This document shows positions 50,563-58,609 of a stretch of DNA of 58,609 nucleotides, one piece after another; position 1 is the first letter of the stretch, and every line of letters starts with the position of its first letter. A program made the translations under genes and the position numbers. A model generated the notes under the pieces. The model saw only the letters and a program-made list of their open reading frames with translations. It was not told the origin of the DNA and did no database searches. The DNA is taken from contig CAVFDO010000001.1 in the NCBI GenBank assembly GCA_963621095.1, forward strand, positions 1 through 58,609, read 5' to 3'. This stretch comes from a bacterium. Lineage in GTDB: Bacteria; Bacillota_I; Bacilli_A; Erysipelotrichales; Erysipelotrichaceae.

Positions 50563-50628
50563 ACCGCCTACCCGTTATGGTAACCTAATATTCTATTTAC
50601 AATTTTTTGTGAAATCCTTAAATTATTT

Positions 50629-51486
50629 TTAACTTCTTGACGCATTATTTACAGCGTCATAGATTTTATTCTTACTAATACCTGTTTTATTTGCGATATC
50701 TTTGATAGCGTCTCTAGTACTCATACCTGCTTCAATTAAATCATTGACCATATGAATTACATCTGACATATCTACTGCTTTGTTTGGTTCTTCATGATTT
50801 CCATCCATCACAATAACCATTTCACCTTTTACTTCATCAATAATATCTAATACTTCAGAAATCGTACCTCTCACAAACTCTTCATGAATCTTTGTGAGTT
50901 CTCTAGCTAAAGTCATCTTTCGATTGCCAAAAACAGCTAAACAATCTTCTAAGCATTTATCAATACGATGTGGTGCTTCATAAAAGATCATTGTCATTGG
51001 ATAATTTTGATATTCTTTTAATTTCTTTACTCTATCTGAATGAGATTGTGGTAAAAAACCAATAAAGATAAATGGTTGTGCGACTAATCCAGAGGCAACT
51101 AATGCATTTAAAAATGCACTTGGTCCACTTACAGGTACAACATTAAATCCAGCATCTGTTGCGATTGATACGATCTTTTGTCCTGGATCATTGATTAACG
51201 GATATCCAGCATCTGAAATTAATGCGATATCTTTTCCATCTTTTAATAGTTCAATGATTCCTTTCGCGCTACTTTCTTCATTAAAGTTATGATACGCAAT
51301 CAAACGATTATGAATATCAAAGCGCTTTAAAAGTTGTCCACTTGTTCTTGTATCTTCACAAGCAATTACGTCTACTTGTTTTAAGATATCAATTGCACGG
51401 GGACTCATTTCATTTAGATTGCCTATTGGTGTTGGAACCAAATAGAGCGTTGATTTTTCATTTTCAAATGACTTTTGTCGATTCAC
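50629..51486 (-). CDS. rsmI: 16S rRNA (cytidine1402-2'-O)-methyltransferase
   Basis: LYLVPTPIGNL, ACEDTR, SDAGYPLINDPG, FYEAPHR, RELTKIHEE. Confidence 0.96.
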   Translation of the reverse strand: MNRQKSFENEKSTLYLVPTPIGNLNEMSPRAIDILKQVDVIACEDTRTSGQLLKRFDIHNRLIAYHNFNEESSAKGIIELLKDGKDIALISDAGYPLINDPGQKIVSIATDAGFNVVPVSGPSAFLNALVASGLVAQPFIFIGFLPQSHSDRVKKLKEYQNYPMTMIFYEAPHRIDKCLEDCLAVFGNRKMTLARELTKIHEEFVRGTISEVLDIIDEVKGEMVIVMDGNHEEPNKAVDMSDVIHMVNDLIEAGMSTRDAIKDIANKTGISKNKIYDAVNNASRS

Positions 51487-52631
51487 GCATTTTCTCCAGT
51501 ATTCTTTTTACGTCCAAATGTACGTACAGTTACATTCTTCTTTTCTGTTGTAGATTCTTGTCTTCTACGATTGTTATTTCTGTAGTTATTATGATGTTCG
51601 TTTTGGTTGTTAGAATCTTTCTTCTTACCAAATGTACGAACTTCTTTCTTTGGTTCCACTGTAGGTGTTTGTAAATCATAGTTCACGTGTTTTGGAGCAC
51701 CTTCGGGTCTATTTTGATGAATGATTGTCTTCTTAACTTTCTTTCCTTCTTCTTCAGGTTTCTTCTTCACAATGACACCTTTTCTAGGAATACCTTTTTC
51801 TCTTAGATCTTCTAAAGTAATAAAGATAGCTGTTTCTCTATTTTCTAGCTTTGCCTCTTTATTCATGACATTCATATTTGTTAGACGATAGATTTCACCT
51901 TCATACTCTACTTGAGATCCAATCTTAGGTAATCCTTCAATGAGTTGTTTATAGTCATCATCTTCATATTTCAAACAACATTTTAGTTTTCCACACATAC
52001 CAGATAACTTATCAATATTGAGTGCCAATAATTGATTCTTTGCCATATTGATAGAAATAATATCAAAATGTGATTTAAATCTAGAACAACAACATTCCAT
52101 TCCACACATTCCAATACCACCAACCATCTTGGCTTTATCTCTTTCACCAATTTGACGAAGTTCAATTCTACAATGTAATTTAGAACCTAATCTTTTTAAT
52201 AATTCTCTGAAATCTACTCTTTGTTCCGCAAGATATACAAATAAGATCTTAGAACGATCTAATGTATATTGTGCACTTAACAAATTCATTTCTAGTTTTA
52301 AATCTTGGATTTCAGCATTACATGTTTCGTATGCATCTTTTTCTAATTCTAAGTTTTCACGAAAAGCATTATGATCATAAATACTTGCCTTACGTACAAC
52401 TGGTTTTGTAGGCATATGTAGTCCATATTTTTCTACACTGAGTGCATCTGCTTGTACTTGACCAATTTCTAATCCTTGTTGTGTTTCTACAACGACCCAG
52501 TCTTCTTTATAATATTCTTTATCAAATGCTCCAAAAGAATATGGTTTTCCTTCACCTCTAAAACGAACAACAACAGAATAAGGATATTCTACTGTTTCTG
52601 TTTCTTCTTTTATATTTTCATTTGTGTTCAT
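51483..52631 (-). CDS. ricT: PSP1-domain protein YaaT/RicT
   Basis: RVDFRELL, RIELRQIG, GMCG..CCC, SGMCGKLKCCLKYE; follows holB. Confidence 0.9.
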   Translation of the reverse strand: MNTNENIKEETETVEYPYSVVVRFRGEGKPYSFGAFDKEYYKEDWVVVETQQGLEIGQVQADALSVEKYGLHMPTKPVVRKASIYDHNAFRENLELEKDAYETCNAEIQDLKLEMNLLSAQYTLDRSKILFVYLAEQRVDFRELLKRLGSKLHCRIELRQIGERDKAKMVGGIGMCGMECCCSRFKSHFDIISINMAKNQLLALNIDKLSGMCGKLKCCLKYEDDDYKQLIEGLPKIGSQVEYEGEIYRLTNMNVMNKEAKLENRETAIFITLEDLREKGIPRKGVIVKKKPEEEGKKVKKTIIHQNRPEGAPKHVNYDLQTPTVEPKKEVRTFGKKKDSNNQNEHHNNYRNNNRRRQESTTEKKNVTVRTFGRKKNTGENA

Positions 52632-53638
52632 TTAACACCTCCAAGTTCATACAATGACTGATACAAAACTAAATGTAAATCATTATATTTATTACATGCA
52701 TCTTTACTATTTAACGCAATTTCTAGAATCTTAGCACACTGTTCTTCTTTTCCATAATATTTTTGAATGGATTGAATGTACCAAGAAGCTCCTTGTTCAT
52801 GATGTGTAATGACATCATGGCAAAATAAAGTTAATAAATCATAGAATCCAGACAATATCAACAGATTCTCTTTTTTCGAAGTACTGCTATCTTTTGCCTT
52901 GGAACTCCAATTCACTTCCCAATCTACACTGAGTTCTTCTTTTCTAAGACCTTCACAATTCAAGTATTGTTTCAACATCCCACAAATATGTTCGAATACT
53001 GTTGTACATTTCTGATCATTTTCATCGTACATATTTTTTAAATCACTCATGTCTTTTACAATGTGAGACATAAAATAAGCAGCTTCTTCTTTTACACCAA
53101 CTTGTAATAAATCAGAATAATAATCCTGTTCATTTTTAGGCATGAATGGAAGTACTGTACATCTAGAAATAATAGTTGGTAACATGCGATTGACATTATC
53201 TGTTGTCAAAATAGCTGTGACACCAACACCTGGTTCTTCTAAGAATTTCAACATACTATTTTGTGCCGCAATCGTAGCGTTTTCTGCATTTTTAATAATA
53301 TAGATTCTTTGTCCGTTTTTCTCTAACGCTGTTTTAGAAAACTTTTCTTGAATTTCATCAACCATATCTTTTGATATTGTTTCTTCTTTTCCATCCAAGA
53401 TAATCATATCTGCGTAGATACCTTCACGAACTCTTCTACATGTATTGCATTCTTCACACGCTAAAGAACCTTGTTTCTCACACAAAATACTCTGCGCTAA
53501 TAATAAAGCAGCTTCATATTTTGGTGTTCCATAAGGCCCAGTAAAAAGATACGCACTAGAAATACGATTACTTTGACAAGCATTCTCTAGCGCATGATAT
53601 ACAATAGGCTGTTGTTTCTCCAACAACTCCTTAATCAT
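52628..53638 (-). CDS. holB: DNA polymerase III delta' subunit
   Basis: AYLFTG, zinc module CEECNTC, NSMLKFLEEP, TIISRC; between tmk and yaaT. Confidence 0.9.
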   Translation of the reverse strand: MIKELLEKQQPIVYHALENACQSNRISSAYLFTGPYGTPKYEAALLLAQSILCEKQGSLACEECNTCRRVREGIYADMIILDGKEETISKDMVDEIQEKFSKTALEKNGQRIYIIKNAENATIAAQNSMLKFLEEPGVGVTAILTTDNVNRMLPTIISRCTVLPFMPKNEQDYYSDLLQVGVKEEAAYFMSHIVKDMSDLKNMYDENDQKCTTVFEHICGMLKQYLNCEGLRKEELSVDWEVNWSSKAKDSSTSKKENLLILSGFYDLLTLFCHDVITHHEQGASWYIQSIQKYYGKEEQCAKILEIALNSKDACNKYNDLHLVLYQSLYELGGVK

Positions 53639-54260
53639 CTAATAATCCTTTCAATACTTGATAAGATTCTTCAATCACAGATTCTACATCTTTTGATGCA
53701 TCAATGATTACCATTCTATCCTTATATATATTAACAACTTCTTCATAGCCCTTATGAACAAGGTTGTGGAAATCTTCAGATTCTTGATCCAAACGATCTA
53801 AAGAAGTACGATTCGCATTAATGCGATCTAAACCAGTTTTCGCATCAATATCTAAATAAATCGTTTTATCTGGAAGTCTCCCTTCTATCGCAAACATATT
53901 AATGGAATATACTTCATCCATTCCGATGCCTCTACCATATCCTTGATACGCCAAAGAAGAATCCACAAAACGATCAGAAATCACAGTAATTCCTTCTTCT
54001 AAAGCAGGAAGTACTTTTTCTACTAAGTGCTGACGGCGTGCAGCAGCATACAACAATGCCTCACATCTTGCGTCCATTTCTGTATTCTTTGGATCCAAAA
54101 TAACACTACGTATTTCTTCCGCAATCTTTGAACCACCTGGTTCTCTAGTATATTTTACCTGATATCCTTCTTTTTGAAGTCTTTCTACAACAGCAGTAGA
54201 TACGGTTGTCTTTCCACTTCCATCAGGTCCTTCAAATGTGATAAATAAACCTTTTTTCAT
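53631..54260 (-). CDS. tmk: Thymidylate kinase
   Basis: FEGPDGSGKTT, TREPGG, DRFVDSSLAYQG. Confidence 0.96.
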   Translation of the reverse strand: MKKGLFITFEGPDGSGKTTVSTAVVERLQKEGYQVKYTREPGGSKIAEEIRSVILDPKNTEMDARCEALLYAAARRQHLVEKVLPALEEGITVISDRFVDSSLAYQGYGRGIGMDEVYSINMFAIEGRLPDKTIYLDIDAKTGLDRINANRTSLDRLDQESEDFHNLVHKGYEEVVNIYKDRMVIIDASKDVESVIEESYQVLKGLLDD

Positions 54261-54400
54261 AGTCTTGATTATAACACGCAAAGCTAACTTCTCCTATAAC
54301 AGAGTTTTCATGCATAACTCGTTCACATACATTTCATTAAAAATATTTTCACATTTCACATTTTTCTTATATGATTATTAAGGAAAAGGAGGGATTTTAT

Positions 54401-54883
54401 ATGTTTAAAAATCCTGGTGGAAAAGTTAAATCTTACGCAAAAGTTTTGTTTTGGATTGGCGCTGTTATTAGTGTCTTGATTGGAGTATTCTTTATTGGAT
54501 CTAGTTTTGTTCAAGCAGCTTACTCCTATAATAATGGATTTGGTACTGTATTATTCGGTATTATCGGTGGTGTTATTATCGCAGCTATCGGTATCTTACT
54601 TTCATGGATCAATGTCCTAGTATTATATGCATTCGGTACACTCGTAGAAAATTCAGATACGCTTGTTCGTTTAAATGGTGGTACACCAAGTGGTGATAAA
54701 CACGCTGAAAAGATTGAAGTACAACAACGTATTCAAGAATTTAAACAAGAAGCACCAAAGCCAGTTGAAACACCTGTTGAAACTGTAGCACCACAAACAA
54801 CAGACAACACATGTCCTACTTGTGGACAACCTGTAGATAGCGATGCTCATTTCTGCAGAAATTGTGGAACAAAGATTGACTAA
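54401..54883 (+). CDS. Membrane protein with C-terminal zinc ribbon
   Basis: Two TM segments; CPTCG...FCRNCG; SD AGGAGG. Confidence 0.8.
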   Translation: MFKNPGGKVKSYAKVLFWIGAVISVLIGVFFIGSSFVQAAYSYNNGFGTVLFGIIGGVIIAAIGILLSWINVLVLYAFGTLVENSDTLVRLNGGTPSGDKHAEKIEVQQRIQEFKQEAPKPVETPVETVAPQTTDNTCPTCGQPVDSDAHFCRNCGTKID

Positions 54884-54889
54884 CTTATT

Positions 54890-54918
54890 AACCAACATCT
54901 AAGATGTTGGTTTTTTTC
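54890..54918 (+). terminator. Rho-independent terminator
   Basis: AACCAACATCT-A-AGATGTTGGTT followed by T-run. Confidence 0.8.
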
Positions 54919-55028
54919 TATTAGAACGTCTTGAATCAAAGGAAAAATTGTTGGTAGTTAAAATTTAATGGTTGTTTTTTTGCATCATACTATATATAAT
55001 ATAGTAAATTTTAACAAGAGGTAATTAT

Positions 55029-55133
55029 ATGAAAAATAAAAATGATGTTTGGATAAACAATAACTACTTAAATTGTAGATACCATTCTTTAATACAGAAT
55101 GATATGCATTGTCTACTTAAAGAGGAGAATTAG
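55029..55133 (+). CDS. Small ORF, 34 aa (MKNKNDVWINNNYLNCRYHSLIQNDMHCLLKEEN); absent from ORF track
   Basis: SD GAGGT 6 nt before ATG; TATAAT upstream; stop 3 nt before the ABC gene. Confidence 0.45.
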   Translation: MKNKNDVWINNNYLNCRYHSLIQNDMHCLLKEEN

Positions 55134-55136
55134 CGC

Positions 55137-56717
55137 ATGAATCGTTATTTAAAAAAGAATATCAACATATTATTGTTTCCTTGTATCTTAGGGTGTTTTG
55201 CGCGAATAGCTTATGTCATTAGTCAATTCTTAATGGCACAATCATTTACTGCTGCCTTTAACTTCGATTTAAAAACATTTATTTATTGGTCAGGGTTATT
55301 GGTTCTTTGTTATGTGGTTTATTTAACAATCTCCGCTATTGAAATTAAACTTCAAGCAAAAGCGAAAATGAAACTGAACAATCAAATTCGTCATGATATT
55401 TTAGTATCTACGATTCATAAAAATAAAGTTGATTATCAGAAAAAGGATGATGGCGAATATGTTGCCCAATTAACAACAAACATCAAACAAATCAATGCAT
55501 TAGCTTGGACACCATTCTTTGATATTATTGATCAAATATGTATGATTGTTAGCTGTGCTATTTCATTGTTTATATTAAATTGGGTATTGCTAGTTGTAGG
55601 AATTATTTCTTCTATTATCTTGTTATTATTACCTAAATTATTTACATCTAAAATGGAAACGTTAGGGCAAATATGTTCTGAAGCAGATGGTAAGGGGCTA
55701 TCTCAATTCAAAGAAATTTTTGCGGGAATAGATGTATTTAAATCTTTCAACAAAAAGAATTTGTTTATTCAAAAAGGTGATCAATATAGTACTGATATTG
55801 AACAACCAAACTATAAAAGAGAATCTGTACAAGGATATATTACTTGTGGAACAGGTATGATTAGTGTTTTGATGCAAATCATTCAACAAATCATAACTGT
55901 ATTGCTTGCGATACAAGGAAAAGTTATGATCGGTGCATTTGCTAGTGCGAGTAATTTAGCTGCTGGTATTGCGAATGGTTTCAGTGGTATTACAAATGAT
56001 AGAATGGCACTTGCTTCTGCGAAGTCTTACTTTGAAACAATCGAAACACAAAAAGAAGAAACAAAAACAGCTGATGAATCCTTTGATTCTATCTCTATTA
56101 ATAACTTATCTTTCCAATATCCAGATAAACTAGAAATTAAATATCCAAATATTACATTCCAAAAAGGAAAGAAATACGCAATTCTTGGACCTTCTGGTTG
56201 TGGTAAATCAACACTATTGAAGCTATTGTTAGGTTGGTATTCAGATTATCAAGGTGATATTCAATTAGGAAATAAGAATATCAAAGAGTTTAGTGAAGAA
56301 ACGATATCTGAAAACATTAGTTATATTGATCAAAATGTATTTATCTTCAATGATACGATTTTAAATAACATTACTTTAACGGATGATTTCTCTAAAGAAG
56401 AAATCAATCAAGCATTACAAGATAGTGCACTCATCAATGATATGGATCATTTCCCTAATGGGCTACAAACGATTGCTGGTGAAAATGGTGATCAATTATC
56501 TGGCGGTCAAAAACAACGTATCGCAATTGCACGTGCTTTATTACATAAACATAACATTCTATTTGTGGATGAAGGAACTAGTGCATTGGATCAAAAGAAC
56601 GCAAATATCGTTGAAGATTGTTTATTAAAGAATCCAAATTTAACTTTATTACTTGTTAGTCACCATCTTACAGATGAAAAATTAAAGCTATTTGATCAAA
56701 CATATTCATTATCTTAA
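55137..56717 (+). CDS. ABC exporter, fused permease and ATPase
   Basis: TM domain; GPSGCGKS, LSGGQKQR, VDEGT, VSHH. Confidence 0.9.
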   Translation: MNRYLKKNINILLFPCILGCFARIAYVISQFLMAQSFTAAFNFDLKTFIYWSGLLVLCYVVYLTISAIEIKLQAKAKMKLNNQIRHDILVSTIHKNKVDYQKKDDGEYVAQLTTNIKQINALAWTPFFDIIDQICMIVSCAISLFILNWVLLVVGIISSIILLLLPKLFTSKMETLGQICSEADGKGLSQFKEIFAGIDVFKSFNKKNLFIQKGDQYSTDIEQPNYKRESVQGYITCGTGMISVLMQIIQQIITVLLAIQGKVMIGAFASASNLAAGIANGFSGITNDRMALASAKSYFETIETQKEETKTADESFDSISINNLSFQYPDKLEIKYPNITFQKGKKYAILGPSGCGKSTLLKLLLGWYSDYQGDIQLGNKNIKEFSEETISENISYIDQNVFIFNDTILNNITLTDDFSKEEINQALQDSALINDMDHFPNGLQTIAGENGDQLSGGQKQRIAIARALLHKHNILFVDEGTSALDQKNANIVEDCLLKNPNLTLLLVSHHLTDEKLKLFDQTYSLS

Positions 56718-56742
56718 AAATGAGAGCGACGCTCTTATTTTT
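56716..56742. terminator. Bidirectional terminator
   Basis: AAAAATGAGAGCG-A-CGCTCTTATTTTT. Confidence 0.7.
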
Positions 56743-57244
56743 ATTTTCCCATTCGAATTCTTTTAAATATTTGATACTGACGCTGTAGTTCTTGTTCTTC
56801 AGTTAATAATAGTCCTTTTGCCTCTAAAATTCTTTCAATTGCTTGAGAAGGATCTAATGTACAATATGGAAAATAAACATCTCGTAATTCTTTTGGTTTG
56901 ATTGTTTTGTATACATGTGAAGATGTTACATCATATGTAACACAAAAGTATCTATACAAGTATCCAATCCACTACATTTCATCATGTGTATATTTCACAC
57001 TACCATAATTTGAAACACCATATTCTTCATCAATTCTTTCCAATACATCTAATGGTTGTAAATTCGTATCTAGTATAGATTGATTATCGAATGTCTTCGC
57101 AATTTTACTTTTCATAAAACGTCTCATGAATATTTCAGAACTACAATTTAATTCATCAATTTATTTTTCAAATGTATTTGCCTGAATTTCACACAACAAT
57201 GAACCATCATGATTCATTCTTTCTTTGTTAAAACAATATAACAT
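56741..57244 (-). pseudogene. Hypothetical ~167-codon gene with two in-frame nonsense codons
   Basis: SD AGGAAGG and ATG 57244; one frame interrupted by TAA (57161-57163) and TAG (56972-56974), continuing into the 72-aa tracked ORF. Confidence 0.75.
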
Positions 57245-57321
57245 CTTTATTCCTTCCTTTCTTTTTGCTCTATGTATTTTTTATATTATATCCCAAACAA
57301 AAAGCTTACCTTTCAGTAAGC

Positions 57322-58530
57322 TCATTCGAAGATTCCACCAATTGTAATATTTGAATCTAATGCAGTAATAATTTTTTTAGAAGATTCATATAATTCAGAT
57401 ACTGTGTAGTAATCTTTATTACATTGTTGTGCTTGTAATGTTTCATCCGATACTGCATTCATTGGATGCACTTGGATGTTATATCTTAAATCTGGATAAG
57501 TACCTTCCATTGTTGTATATGTTAAATCTGCACATACATTATCAATGACAATAGATCCATCTTCATTTTTTATGATATCTAAACTTGCACACATTCCAAC
57601 TAAATTCTCTTGATTTAATTGTGTGGAAATGAGATTTCCCATTGCGTAAAATACTGGTTTATTGTTTACCCATTGAAATGGTTGAATGACATGTGGATGA
57701 TTTCCCACAACAACATCAGCACCTGCTTTTGTCAGTTCATCTGCGAGTGTATATTGTGTATCATTAACTTCATGAGAATATTCTGTTCCCCAATGCATAG
57801 ATACAATCACAACATCATTTTTACTCTTTGCCTGTGTAACTTTATTCAACATTTCTTCTTCATGAGATGGAAAATAATTTACTTCCCAAGAATAATCTGG
57901 TTCAATGCCATTTGTGTTTTCACAATAAGCTAAGAATGCGATTTTGATTCCATTGATTTCAATGGAAGGAATTGCGTTATACTCTTCAACTGTGGAATTT
58001 GTTCCACTCATTAATACATTTGTTTGTGAATTCCAAAACTCTCTAGAACTTTTTACACCTGTAAATCCTTTATCCAAACAATGATTGTTTGCGGTAGAAA
58101 CAAGATTAAATCCTTTTGAAACCATATAACTCCCAAATTCTTTTGGAGAATTAAAAGTTGGATAACCACTCAATCCTAATTCTGTTCCACCTAATATTGT
58201 TTCTTGGTTGTAGTAAGCTAGATCATAGTTACTCACTACATTTAAAACCTCATCTAATTGTTTAGAAAAGTTATATGTTCCATCTTCATTTGCGTCTGTA
58301 TAGACAGAATCATGTAGTAGACCATCACCTGTTAGAAATAAACGTACTTTATTGCTGTTTGGTGTTGGTTCTACAGTTGATTCATTTGTTGAAATGGTTG
58401 TTGGTTCCTTTTCTTTTGTTTGATTTGTGAACAAGTAAATCAATGCACAGATACCCGTACATACAAGAATCAAAGAAATGACTAGTAAAAATACATGAAT
58501 TTTATGTGTTTTACGTTTTCTATTCGGCAT
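57322..58530 (-). CDS. CapA/PGA_cap family metallophosphatase-like protein
   Basis: N-terminal TM; TGD, NQET, ANNHCLD, MHWG, GNHPHV, YAMGN. Confidence 0.9.
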   Translation of the reverse strand: MPNRKRKTHKIHVFLLVISLILVCTGICALIYLFTNQTKEKEPTTISTNESTVEPTPNSNKVRLFLTGDGLLHDSVYTDANEDGTYNFSKQLDEVLNVVSNYDLAYYNQETILGGTELGLSGYPTFNSPKEFGSYMVSKGFNLVSTANNHCLDKGFTGVKSSREFWNSQTNVLMSGTNSTVEEYNAIPSIEINGIKIAFLAYCENTNGIEPDYSWEVNYFPSHEEEMLNKVTQAKSKNDVVIVSMHWGTEYSHEVNDTQYTLADELTKAGADVVVGNHPHVIQPFQWVNNKPVFYAMGNLISTQLNQENLVGMCASLDIIKNEDGSIVIDNVCADLTYTTMEGTYPDLRYNIQVHPMNAVSDETLQAQQCNKDYYTVSELYESSKKIITALDSNITIGGIFE

Positions 58531-58609
58531 AGTCTCCACCAGAAATGCCGTAGTATTCTTCCATTGTCATATTTGGATCAGAATTGTATAGATTCGTTGC
58601 TTCTTCTAC
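58520..58609 (-). CDS. 3' end of an unidentified gene entering from beyond the window
   Basis: Open frame ...VEEATNLYNSDPNMTMEEYYGISGGDYAE* overlapping the CapA start. Confidence 0.55.
   Translation of the reverse strand, partial: VEEATNLYNSDPNMTMEEYYGISGGDYAE

Noticed and set aside
56741..57244. Stop-codon reassignment or programmed read-through
   Set aside because: Two different stops (TAA and TAG), both used as true terminators elsewhere in the window

Overview
AT-rich chromosomal segment of an anaerobic low-GC Firmicute; gene style and order suggest Erysipelotrichaceae (inference, not a database result). It is mostly housekeeping and metabolic genes: miaA-mutL, pepF, addAB, tmk-holB-yaaT/ricT-rsmI, a GH1/PTS-IIB/AraC cluster, three Cof HAD phosphatases and four ABC exporter genes. 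I found no rRNA, tRNA, CRISPR array, prophage or intact IS. Most notable: (1) a structured ~185-nt orphan sRNA at ~12.3-12.45 kb with an anti-SD loop and a palindromic operator resembling metal-repressor boxes; (2) tandem Rpn nuclease genes with internal RBS/ATG (RpnS-like antitoxins), divergent C-termini and a decayed third copy, lying inside an xpaC - double-AAA - pseudo-5'-nucleotidase - telA cluster; (3) a MutL whose endonuclease motifs are all degenerate; (4) an unannotated type I toxin-antitoxin-like locus at 50.4-50.6 kb; (5) eight apparently leaderless genes, two sharing one palindromic bidirectional -10; (6) a CooC-like ATPase + 2-hydroxyacyl-CoA dehydratase-family + activator + small membrane protein operon of unknown substrate. 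All functional calls come from manual motif reading; no searches were run.
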